DNA of 64,000 nucleotides from Macrostomum lignano. Taxonomy: Eukaryota. The notes beneath the pieces were generated by a model. The model was not told the DNA's origin. It searched no databases and worked only from the letters and a program-made list of their open reading frames with translations. Where the stretch lies: positions 50,151 to 114,150 of the forward strand of contig NIVC01003175.1 in the NCBI GenBank assembly GCA_002269645.1, read 5' to 3'. Below, piece after piece: positions 12,176 to 23,300 of the stretch. A program made the position numbers and the translations under genes. The first letter of the stretch is position 1. Every line of letters starts with the position of its first letter.

Positions 12176-13097
12176 CTGCGAGGTCAGAAGCATCATATAT
12201 AGTTAATTAAAAAATCATTCCAACATTTGTTGCCTCTCCAACAGGGGGGGGGGGGCTGATTGCTAGTCCTACAACTAAAACAGAGCCCTAGTAAAAATTC
12301 AAAGTGGAAAAATGAAACAGAGAACACAGAATTTCTCTGGGATGAGAAAACCGTGAGGTTATTGCAGAATGCGATTTCTTACCATTTTTATTACGGAGAA
12401 CACAAAAATGAATCATTAATTATTAGTTCGCAGACGACATGGCACGGTCGCTTGAAAACTTGTGACAGATTTTCTTGTATCAAATTCGAGACCAGGATAA
12501 AAAAAGACAGGGACCACAGGTTTGATCTGGGTTGCAAAAAATTCCAGTAAGAGTAAGTTTTTTTGTTCAATCTTTTTCCGACAGGTTTGAGCTTTGAGAT
12601 TTTGCGTGACAATTTGATGGGGGGGTCAGTCTGTTTGTGAAGCGAGGAAACTAGGTCGCAGTTATTATCATAGTCTGGATTAGAAACTACACACATCTGG
12701 CAGCGCACTGGTACAGGGTACGGAAGCGGATCTTATTGTGGAAGACGAAACAACTAATGCAAACATGTGGCGGTACCTCGGTGAGCAGTTTTGTTTTTTT
12801 GAGTCATTTTTTTTTCATAACAAAAGTAGGCTTAAGATGGAAAACGAAGAATGAAAGCAAATGTTGAGAAAAAGTTGAATTAAATTCAGACGGAAAGACT
12901 TGTGAAAACTTCAAATAAAAGCATTGCTAAAAGAGAACTCATCAAAGATAAAATGAAAGAATAGAAAACTTAAATATAGAAAAGCCTGGGCTGTAAATGC
13001 AGAAACAGCACAAAAAACTGTTTTACTGAAAGCGCTTGATAAATTCAAAATAAAATAAACACAGCCGCTCTCCGAGAGAAAGTCAATCGTATCGAGC

Positions 13098-16000
13098 TCA
13101 GGCCTGGCTCGAATTACTCAAGATGTCGGAGAGGCTGCGCTGATTGCGCAACGACTGGGCGGTGACGCGAAAAGCTCGCTGAATCTGGGCGAACACTTCG
13201 TCGCTGTGGACGGATCTGGCAGCGTTGGTCAGGGAGAACGGCTCCTCCACGTAGATCTTGTAGCTGTTGGCGGTGAGCAGCTGTTCGTGAGCTGGAATCA
13301 GCTTCAGTGCCAGCTGGATTGGCAGCGGCTTGCCCAGCCTCACGCTCACGCTGAAGCCGCGCCAGTCGAATTCCGAATAGTACTGCACGAATCCGGAAAA
13401 CAGTTGGCCCAAATTCTGGCAGTTCTGTGACCTCAACTCCTCCCATGGCAACTGCACTCGCATGTCAATCTCTGTGTACGGCCTGTTGTAGTCGAACACC
13501 TGAGGATACAAGGACTGCAGACTGTACAGCACAGGGGGACTGCAGCCAGCCTGCAGGTACTGCACTGTCATCAGTGCCAGACTGTAGCTTGACAGCCGGC
13601 CCTGACTGGCGTCCTGCACCCCCAGCGACTGCGCCCACAGCTTCACGAACATCACAAGGGGCCGGACGCGCCAGTCGCATTTGGCGTATGCGGCCATGAG
13701 GTGCGTGTTGTAAATACCGATGGGATTGTTGATGTTCAGGTCGCAGTCTAGACCGGTCTTTGTGTCGTGAAACTTCAAAATAGAGACCTGAGGATTTTTG
13801 TTTTTTTGGGATGTAGACTGCAGTTGCAAGCTCTTGATCTTAATAGTTTTATTAAGGCATTAGACTGTGACAGGTTAAAGATAAGCACCGAACCTCATTA
13901 ACCTATGACCAGTTGCTAAACTTGTTGTTAACCCATTAACCAGGTGCTGAACATAGAACTGAATGTAATTAGCAGGTGCTGAGCATATAACTGAACCTAA
14001 TTAGCAGGTGCTGAGCATAGAACTGAATGTAATTAGCAGGTGCTGAGCATAGAACTGAATGTAATTAGCAGGTGCTGAGCATAGAACTGAATGTAATTAG
14101 CAGGTGCTGAGCATAGAACTGAATGTAATTAGCAGGTGCTGAGCATAGAACTAAACCTAATTAGCAGGTGCTGACAATAGAACTAAACCTAATTAGCAGG
14201 TGCTGACCATATAGCAAAACCCAATGACCAGATGCTGAACATAGAACTAAACTTGATAAAAAAGGGTCTCCATATCAGACAGCGATTTAATTGACGCACC
14301 TTAGCTCGAATCAGCTCAATATTAGTGATGAAGCGGCACTGGCACAGTGGCCGTTTCAAATGATTCAACACTTGGTCCCGCTTCTGGTCCAGCTCGCGGT
14401 CATTGATGGTCAGGCACAGGTCCAAGTCGGCCCAATCGGTGCCAAATCCATTCATAGACGAGCCCACAATAAACAGGCCGGCCGAGTGAAACGAAGCGGA
14501 CACAACTGACAGCAGGGCGTCTCTGAGCATCAGCTTCCTCTCGTAGGTGGCGTCGGTTTGGCGTTTCTCAACAAATAGCTGCCAGATTCGGCCAGAGTTC
14601 CATTCGGCATAGGCCGCCATCGAATCCGCTGGCGAGGATGATAGGGTAGCTGGCGGCGGCAGCTGGGGCGCCTGGGGAGGCAACTGCGGTGGGTCAAATA
14701 GAGTCGACGGTGGGTTAATGAACTCAATTTTGGATCAAAGTGTCGGTGGCGGGTCAAAGTGTCGGTGGTGGATCAAAGTGTCGGTGGCGGGTCAAAGCAT
14801 CGGTGGTGGGTCAAAGTATCGGCGGCGGGTCAAAGAGAGTCGGTGGCAGGTCAAAGTGTCGGTGGCGGGTCAAAGTGTCGGTGGTGGATCAAAGTGTCGG
14901 TGGCGGGTCAAAGAGAGTCAGCGGTGGGTCAAAGTATCAGCGGCGGGTCAAAGAGAGTCGGTGGCAGGTCAAAGTGTCGGTGGCGGGTCAAAGTGTCGGT
15001 GGCGGGTCAAAGTGTCGGTGGTGGATCAAAGTGTCGGTGGTGGATCAAAGTGTCGGTGGCGGGTCAAAGAGAGTCAGCGGTGGGTCAAAGTATCAGCGGC
15101 GGGTCAAAGAGAGTCGGTGGCAGGTCAAAGTGTCGGTGGCGGGTCAAAGTGTCGGTGGCGGGTCAAAGTGTCGGTGGTGGATCAAAGTGTCGGTGGCGGG
15201 TCAAAGAGAGTCAGCGGTGGGTCAAAGTATCAGCGGCGGGTCAAAGAGAGTCGGTGGCAGGTCAAAGTGTCGGTGGCGGGTCAAAGTGTCGGTGGTGGAT
15301 CAAAGTGTCGGTGGCGGGTCAAAGTGTCGGTGGTGGATCAAAGTGTCGGTGGCGGGTCAAAGTGTCGGTGGTGGATCAAAGTATCGGTGGCGGGTCAAAG
15401 AGAGTCAGCGGTGGGTCAAAGTATCGGTGGCGGGTCAAAGAGAGTCAGTGGCAGGTCAAAGTGTCGGTGGTGGATCAAAGTGCTGGTGGTGGATCAAAGG
15501 ATCAAAGTGTCGGTGGCGGGTCAAAGCATCGGTGGTGGGTCAAAGTATCGGCGGCGGGTCAAAGAGAGTCGGTGGCAGGTCAAAGTGTCGGTGGCGGGTC
15601 AAAGTGTCGGTGGTGGATCAAAGTGTCGGTGGCGGGTCAAAGAGAGTCAGCGGTGGGTCAAAGTATCAGCGGCGGGTCAAAGAGAGTCGGTGGCAGGTCA
15701 AAGTGTCGGTGGCGGGTCAAAGTGTCGGTGGCGGGTCAAAGTGTCGGTGGTGGATCAAAGTGTCGGTGGTGGATCAAAGTGTCGGTGGCGGGTCAAAGAG
15801 AGTCAGCGGTGGGTCAAAGTATCAGCGGCGGGTCAAAGAGAGTCGGTGGCAGGTCAAAGTGTCGGTGGCGGGTCAAAGTGTCGGTGGTGGATCAAAGTGT
15901 CGGTGGTGGATCAAAGTGTCGGTGGCGGGTCAAAGAGAGTCAGCGGTGGGTCAAAGTATCAGCGGCGGGTCAAAGAGAGTCGGTGGCAGGTCAAAGTGTC

Positions 16001-18783
16001 GGTGGCGGGTCAAAGTGTCGGTGGTGGATCAAAGTGTCGGTGGCGGGTCAAAGTGTCGGTGGTGGATCAAAGTGTCGGTGGCGGGTCAAAGCATCGGTGG
16101 TGGATCAAAGTATCGGTGGCGGGTCAAAGAGAGTCAGCGGTGGGTCAAAGTATCGGTGGCGGGTCAAAGAGAGTCAGTGGCAGGTCAAAGTGTCGGTGGT
16201 GGATCAAAGTGCTGGTGGTGGATCAAAGGATCAAAGTGTCGGTGGCGGGTCAAAGCATCGGTGGTGGGTCAAAGTATCGGCGGCGGGTCAAAGAGAGTCG
16301 GTGGCAGGTCAAAGTGTCGGTGGCGGGTCAAAGTGTCGGTGGTGGATCAAAGTGTCGGTGGCGGGTCAAAGAGAGTCAGCGGTGGGTCAAAGTATCAGCG
16401 GCGGGTCAAAGAGAGTCGGTGGCAGGTCAAAGTGTCGGTGGCGGGTCAAAGTGTCGGTGGTGGATCAAAGTGTCGGTGGCGGGTCAAAGAGAGTCAGCGG
16501 TGGGTCAAAGTATCAGCGGCGGGTCAAAGAGAGTCGGTGGCAGGTCAAAGTGTCGGTGGCGGGTCAAAGTGTCGGTGGCGGGTCAAAGTGTCGGTGGTGG
16601 ATCAAAGTGTCGGTGGTGGATCAAAGTGTCGGTGGCGGGTCAAAGAGAGTCAGCGGTGGGTCAAAGTATCAGCGGCGGGTCAAAGAGAGTCGGTGGCAGG
16701 TCAAAGTGTCGGTGGCGGGTCAAAGTGTCGGTGGCGGGTCAAAGTGTCGGTGGTGGATCAAAGTATCGGTGGCGGGTCAAAGAGAGTCAGCGGTGGGTCA
16801 AAGTATCGGTGGCGGGTCAAAGAGAGTCAGTGGCAGGTCAAAGTGTCGGTGGTGGATCAAAGTGCTGGTGGTGGATCAAAGGATCAAAGTGTCGGTGGCG
16901 GGTCAAAGAGAGTCAGCGGTGGGTCAAAGTATCGGCGGCGGGTCAAAGAGAGTCGGTGACAGGTCAAAGTGTCGGTGGCGGGTCAAAGTGTCGGTGGCGG
17001 GTCAAAGAGAGTCGGTGGCAGGTCAAAGTGTCGGTGGCGGGTCAAAGTGTTGGTGGCGGGTCAAAGTGTCGGTGGCGGGTCAAAGAGAGTCAGCGGTGGG
17101 TTAAGGAACTCAATTGTGGATCAAAGTGTCGGCGATGGGTCAAAGTGTCGGTGGCGGGTCAAAGTGTCGGTGGCGGGTCAAAGCATCGGTGGTGGGTCAA
17201 AGTGTCGGTGGCGAGTCAAAGCATCGGTGGCGGGTCAAAGTGTCGGTGACGAGTCAAAGTGTCGGTGGCGGGTCAAAGTGTCGGTGGCGGGTCAAAGCAT
17301 CGGTGGTGGGTCAAAGTGTCGGTGGCGGGTCAAAGAGAGTCGGTGTTGGGTCAAAGTGTCGGTGGCGGGTCTAAGTGTTGGTGGCGGGTCAAAGAGTCGG
17401 TGGCGGGTCAAAGTGTCGGTGGCGGGTCAAAGCATCGGTGGTGGGTCAAAGTGTCGGTGGTGGGTCAAAGTATCGGCGGCAGGTCAAAGAGAGTCAGCTG
17501 TGGGTTAAGGAGCTCAATTGTGGATCAAAGTGTCGGCGATGGGTCAAAGTGTCGGCGGTGGGTCAAAGTGTCGGTGATGGGTCAAAGAACTCAATGGTGG
17601 GTCCAAGTAACGGTGATGGGTCAAAGAACTCAATGGTGGGTCCAAATGTCGGTGATGGGTCAAAGTGTCGGCGGTGGGTCAAAGAGAGTCAGTGGTGGGT
17701 CAAAGTATCGGCGGTGGGTCAAAGAGAGTCGGTGGCGGGTCAAAGTGTCGGTGGCGGGTCAAAGCATCAGTGGCGGGTCAAAGTGTCGGCAATGGGTCAA
17801 AGAGAGTCGGCGGTGGGTCAAAGTATCGGCGGCGGGTCAAAGTGTCGGTGACGGGTCAAAGCATCGGTGGTGGGTCAAAGTGTCGGTGGCGGGTCAAAGC
17901 ATCGGTGGCGGGTCAAAGCATCGGTGGCGGGTCAAAGTGTCGGTGACGAGTCAAAGTGTCGGTGGCGGGTCAAAGCATCGGTGGTGGGTCAAAGAGAGTC
18001 GGTGGCAGGTCAAAGTGTCGGTGGCGGGTCAAAGAGATTCGGTGGCGGGTCAAAGTGTCGGCGGTGGGTCAAAGACCTCAGTGGCGAGTCAGAAACCGTC
18101 GGCGGTGGGTCAAAGTGTCGGCAATGGGTCAAAGTGTCGGCGGTGGGTCAAAGTGTCGGCGGTGGGTCAAAGTGTCGGCGGTGGGTCAAAGTGTCGGCGG
18201 TGGGTCAAAGACCTCAGTGGTGAGTCAGAAACCGTCGGTGGTGGGTCAAAGACCGTAAATGGTGGGTCAAAGACCTTGGTCGTAGGTTAAAGACGGTCGG
18301 TGGATGAAATAAAGGTCAATGGTGGTCTCGTGGGTCAAATAGGCTGGCGAAAAAGCATAAAAACGATCGACTATGGGATCCAGCTATGCCTGCCGCCACA
18401 CTCACCCCGTTGGGTTGCTGCTGAGGCGGTGGTGGTGGCGGCGGCGGCGGCGGTATTTCCATAGACTGTCTCGCGCCGCCTCCGCCGGCGCTGTGGAATC
18501 GCAAAGAACTGCCGCCGGGCCTGCCGCTGCCAAAGCCGGGCCCGAAGCCGCCGCGTTTCGGCCCGCCGCCGCCGTAGAACCGGCCAAACGATGCCCCCCG
18601 GCCCGGCCGCTGGCGGTTGCCGCCGCCAAAGCCGCCGAATCCGGCGCCGCCGCTGCCAGGAGCTCCGCCGGCGCCGCCGCCGCTACCAGCTGTGGTGATG
18701 GTCGGCTGCCGGCCCAGCAGGTCAGCCAAGGAGTTCCAAGCGTAGTAATGGCTAAGCGCCAGCGTCTGCTCGTAGCCCTGCAT
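13098..18783 (-). CDS. TENT2: GLD-2/TENT2-like non-canonical poly(A) polymerase, copy A (at least 3 exons; start uncertain)
   Basis: Exons 18783-18406 (GGG|GTGAGT), 14683-14300 (ccgcag|TTG ... AAG|GTGCGT) and 13787-13098 (cag|GTC) all join in phase 0. Catalytic GSSMNGFGTDWADLDLCL and DCDLNINN. RVRPLV..VK.WA...DAS.G.LSSYSL and VEEPF match TENT2. The N-terminal exon is Gly/Arg/Phe-rich; a further upstream exon is possible. Confidence 0.8.
13945..14250. repeat. 32-bp intronic minisatellite (GCATAGAACTGAATGTAATTAGCAGGTGCTGA)n
   Basis: TGCTGAG recurs at 14041 and 14073; about 9 copies in intron 13788-14299. Confidence 0.9.
14690..18290. repeat. 19-22-bp satellite (GGTCAAAGTGTCGGTGGCG and variants), 3.6 kb, filling a TENT2-A intron
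   Basis: Directly visible, with a higher-order pattern of variant units. Confidence 0.95.
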
Positions 18784-18979
18784 CTGGTGGCCAGCTGGCT
18801 GGCTGCAATGCGGTGCACAAACTGGGTAAAATTTACTCCATGTAAAGAACTGTGTTGATTTTCAACTCGCTTGTACGCGTGAATAGTTTTGCTTATAAGC
18901 ACTAGGGGCCATTGGTATCTTTGAGACCAAAAAGCAATAAAGTTAATAATGACAGCAGTGCACACCTAAAATTAACAAC

Positions 18980-20042
18980 AGTAAGCATCTGAGAGTCACA
19001 GCAGTAAGCATCTGAGAGTCACAGCAGTAATCATCTGAGAGTCACAGCAGTAAGCATCTGAGTCACAGGTCACAACAGTAAGCATCTGAGAGTCACAGCA
19101 GTAAGCATCTGAGAGTCACAACAGTAAGCATCTGAGAGATCAAAGATGAGAGTCACAGCAGTAAGCATCTGAGAGTCACAGCAGTAATAATCTGAGAGTC
19201 ACAACAGTAATAATCTGAGAGTCACAACAGTAATAATCTGAGAGTCACAACAGTAAGCATCTGAGAGTCACAACAGTAATCATCTGAGAGTCACAGCAGT
19301 AAGCATCTGAGAGTCACAGCAGTAAGCATCTGAGAGTCACAGGTCACAACAGTAAGCATCTGAGAGTCACAGCAGTAAGCATCTAAGAGTCACAACAGTA
19401 AGCATCTGAGAGTCACAGGTCACAACAGTAAGCATCTGAGAGTCACAGCAGTAAGCATCTGAGAGTCACAGCAGTAAGCATCTGAGAGTCACAGCAGTAA
19501 GCATCTGAGAGTCACAGCAGTAATAATCTGAGAGTCACAGCAGTAAGCATCTGAGAGTCACAGCAGTAATAATCTGAGAGTCACAACAGTAATAATCTGA
19601 GAGTCACAACAGTAATAATCTGAGAGTCACAGCAGTAATAATCTGAGAGTCACAGCAGTAATAATCTGAGAGTCACAGCAGTAAGAATCTGAGAGTCACA
19701 GCAGTAATAATCTGAGAGTCACAACAGTAATAATCTGAGAGTCACAACAGTAATAATCTGAGAGTCACAGCAGTAATAATCTGAGAGTCACAGCAGTAAT
19801 AATCTGAGAGTCACAGCAGTAAGAATCTGAGAGTCACAGCAGTAATAATCTGAGAGTCACAGCAGTAAGAATCTGAGAGTCACAGCAGTAATAATCTGAG
19901 AGTCACAGCAGTAAGAATCTGAGAGTCACAGCAGTAATAATCTGAGAGTCACAGCAGTAAGAATCTGAGAGTCACAGCAGTAATAATCTGAGAGTCACAG
20001 CAGTAAGCATCTGAGAGTCACAGCAGTAATAATCTGAGAGTC
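18980..20042. repeat. 23-bp minisatellite (ACAGCAGTAAGCATCTGAGAGTC)n
   Basis: Directly visible, between the two TENT2 copies. Confidence 0.95.
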
Positions 20043-20351
20043 ATTACTACAGAGAACACGGACGAGCTTCACAGGTTCAATACACTTGTGCACTGCTCAT
20101 AATGTTCTATTTGCAAATGGCTACATAATTTATAAAAAAAATTAGCTGGTATACGAGCGTTGTAACAAGTAACTGCGTCATGTACTAGTAAAAAGCCATA
20201 AATTCAAGACTCAAGAAAAAACGAAGGCTTCGAAAATAAGTCAATGCAGGGTATCCATTTATTCACAAAGTAATTAAAAGAATTTACACAATAAAATGCA
20301 TCTGATCAATTATCCCAACTGGTACGTATTTGTTACACTGGACTTCACAAT

Positions 20352-23300
20352 TCACACTGGATTATTCAAGATGTCGGAGAGGCTGCGCTGATTGCGCAAC
20401 GACTGGGCGGTGACGCGAAACGCTCGCTGAATCTGGGCGAACACTTCGTCGCTGTGGACGGATCTGGCAGCGTTGGTCAGGGAGAACGGCTCCTCCACGT
20501 AGATCTTGTAGCTGTTGGCGGTGAGCAGCTGCTCATGAGCTGGAATCAGCTTTAGTGCCAGCTGGATTGGCAGCGGCTTGCCCAGCCTCACGCTCACGCT
20601 GAAGCCGCGCCAGTCGAATTCCGAATAGTACTGCACGAATCCGGCAAACAGTTGGCCCAAATTCTGGCAGTTCTGCGACCTCAACTCCTCCCATGGCAAC
20701 TGCACTCGCATGTCAATCTCTGTGTACGGCCTGTTGTAGTCGAACACCTGAGGATACAAGGACTGCAGACTGTACAGCACAGGGGGACTGCAGCCAGCCT
20801 GCAGGTACTGCACTGTCATCAGTGCCAGACTGTAGCTTGACAGCCGGCCCTGACTGGCGTCCTGCACCCCCAGCGACTGCGCCCACAGCTTCACGAACAT
20901 CACAAGGGGCCGGACGCGCCAGTCGCATTTGGCGTATGCGGCCATGAGGTGCGTGTTGTAAATACCGATGGGATTGTTGATGTTCAGGTCGCAGTCTAGT
21001 TGACTGACAGTGTCGCGAAACTTAATAATTGGCACCTGAAGTCAGGGAAAGTGCGTTAACAGAATGCTGATTAGTATCATAATTACTATGAGTAGTATTG
21101 AAAACAGCAAGATATCCACGTATTTTATAATCTAGGTTTCAGTTCTTTCTTTTTTTTCTTTTTTTTAATCTAGGTTTCGAAGCTTTCAGTTCTTTTGTTG
21201 ATTCTGTATTGTATTGACACTGTGTGTGAAAATTTACTACTGGAAGTATTAGCGTATCGAAATTATAAGCATTTCAGTTTACGTGGACTTTTTACATAGT
21301 CTATGTAAATTACGTGGCTGAGGTCCACTTAACCCGAAGACATATAAAAATAGACATACAAAGCGTATGTTTAACAGACACTTTGTAAGTCAAATAAAGT
21401 TTTATTAATTTTTTTTGTGATATAGTGCTTTGGAAATAGAACGTGGGAAAAGTATTTTTATGCTATAGAACCAATATAGATCAATGGAACTGCAGAATTT
21501 ATGTATAGTTTAGAAATATGTGTTGCTGTTAGCCATGCTGGCGTCAAATAGGGGATTAGCATTAATTGTTGCTACTGGACGGGATGCCTCCATTCGTAGC
21601 TTATTTCTGATTATTCCTGATTTGAATGGTGTCCTTCAAAAACTTCAATTATCTATTCAAATAAGAGAACGGAAACTAAGCTTGTGGATAAGTCACTCCG
21701 TATCCTGTCTACGAGATACGTATATTGATGTATACATGCTATATATATATATGAGTATATATCTATATAGAGCAACATGACTGAGGGTTTGTGTTAAAAC
21801 CTAACTCTCCACTCCATCGAACCGACCCCTAACACTTCCCCAAATGATTTTACTGGTTCTTAAGGTTCAATAAAGTTAGGTTCCAGCTAAACCACATACA
21901 CTCATGGCGAGCAAATCGAAACTAAAGAGTGGAAGATGTACGGGCTAAGGCCAGGCCCTTACCTTATGTGCAGTCCCCCATTCACCCACACCATCCCGAG
22001 CGAATCCTATTGGTCCAGGAGAAAGATAAGGCAGAATTAATTCGGGGTCCAGATAAACCATCTTATAAATAGAGCCAGAAAAACAATACAATTTTCCCAA
22101 TGCTTCCTTGGCATCGGCTTCGTGTTGATACTTCTTATTATATCCAATATACGCTTGGATTACAAAAGCTGCTACATAGACTGAGTATATCCTATTGTTG
22201 TACGTAGGTACATCATTGTACAGCGTATGCTCCAAACTACGCAATGCCGAACAGCAATTTAAAAATTCACGCCAATACGGCTAAAGCGTACTATGTGGAG
22301 CGCATTGTGAAGTGCACCGCAAAGAAGGTCTTTGTAAAGTGGAAGAGATATTCAAGGTAAGTTTCGAGACGCATCACTATTCTGCTATTGCAAGTGTATT
22401 TCATAAGTCAGTTTTAAGTAAAAAATCACAGCTAGTATTTAATATTCTAGCATGAGCAATACTTGGGAACCGAAAAGAGACATACCCCCGGCAGTACTGC
22501 AATCTAAGCACTCGACTTGTGGTGAGTTCTGTTTCACATTTAAAGGATCTATAAGCTAAAGATATTTATAAAATCGCTCACAAAACCTACCCTTATTAAC
22601 TTTACAGAAAAATGCTTTAAAAAATGCTGCAAAGGAAAAAACGAGAAAAAGGTAGGAAAATGCGAATTTCTAGCAGCTAAGCCCTCTCTACACTGTCAGG
22701 AATATGTTAGCAGACAAGTCTAACTGGGTTTAGAAAAGTGTTGGGTGGGTCCGAACCCACAGACAGACAGACAGACAGACATGTAAACCCTGTCTACACT
22801 ATCAGGAGTTTATGTTGGCTGATAAATGAAACTGGGTTTAGAAAAGTGTTGGGTGGGTCCAGCTAAACCCTGTATACACTGTCAGGAGTGTATGTTGGCT
22901 GATAAATGAAACTGGGTTTAGAAAAGTGTTGGGTGGGTCCAGCTAAACCCTGTATACACTGTCAGGAGTGTATGTTGGCTGATAAATGAAAATGGGTTCA
23001 GAAAAGTGTTGGGGTGGGTCCAGCTAAACCCTCTCTACAGTAAAGAGTCTATGTTGACTGATAAGTCCAACTGGGTATTGGGGTGAGTCCAGCAAAACCC
23101 TCTCTACACTGTCAAGGAGTGTATGTTGTCTAATGAGTCTAAATGGGTAGAGAAAGTGTTAGGGTGGGTCCACCTAAACCCTTCCGAAGCTGCCAGCAAT
23201 GTATGTACGCGTTCACGTTCTGACTGACAACCCTGACAAACTGTACTTTCTCCATAGATGACAAGCGACGTCACGGTCCCGATGGTAGCAGCGGCCTCTT

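Noticed and set aside
12260-12800. Short ORFs 12260-12550 and 12391-12708
   Set aside because: No recognisable domain. They look like non-coding transposon interior, and no termini were found.
14718-18290. ORFs of 700-840 aa on the + strand
   Set aside because: All three frames are open because the satellite unit has no stop codon. The region is an intron of TENT2-A on the other strand.
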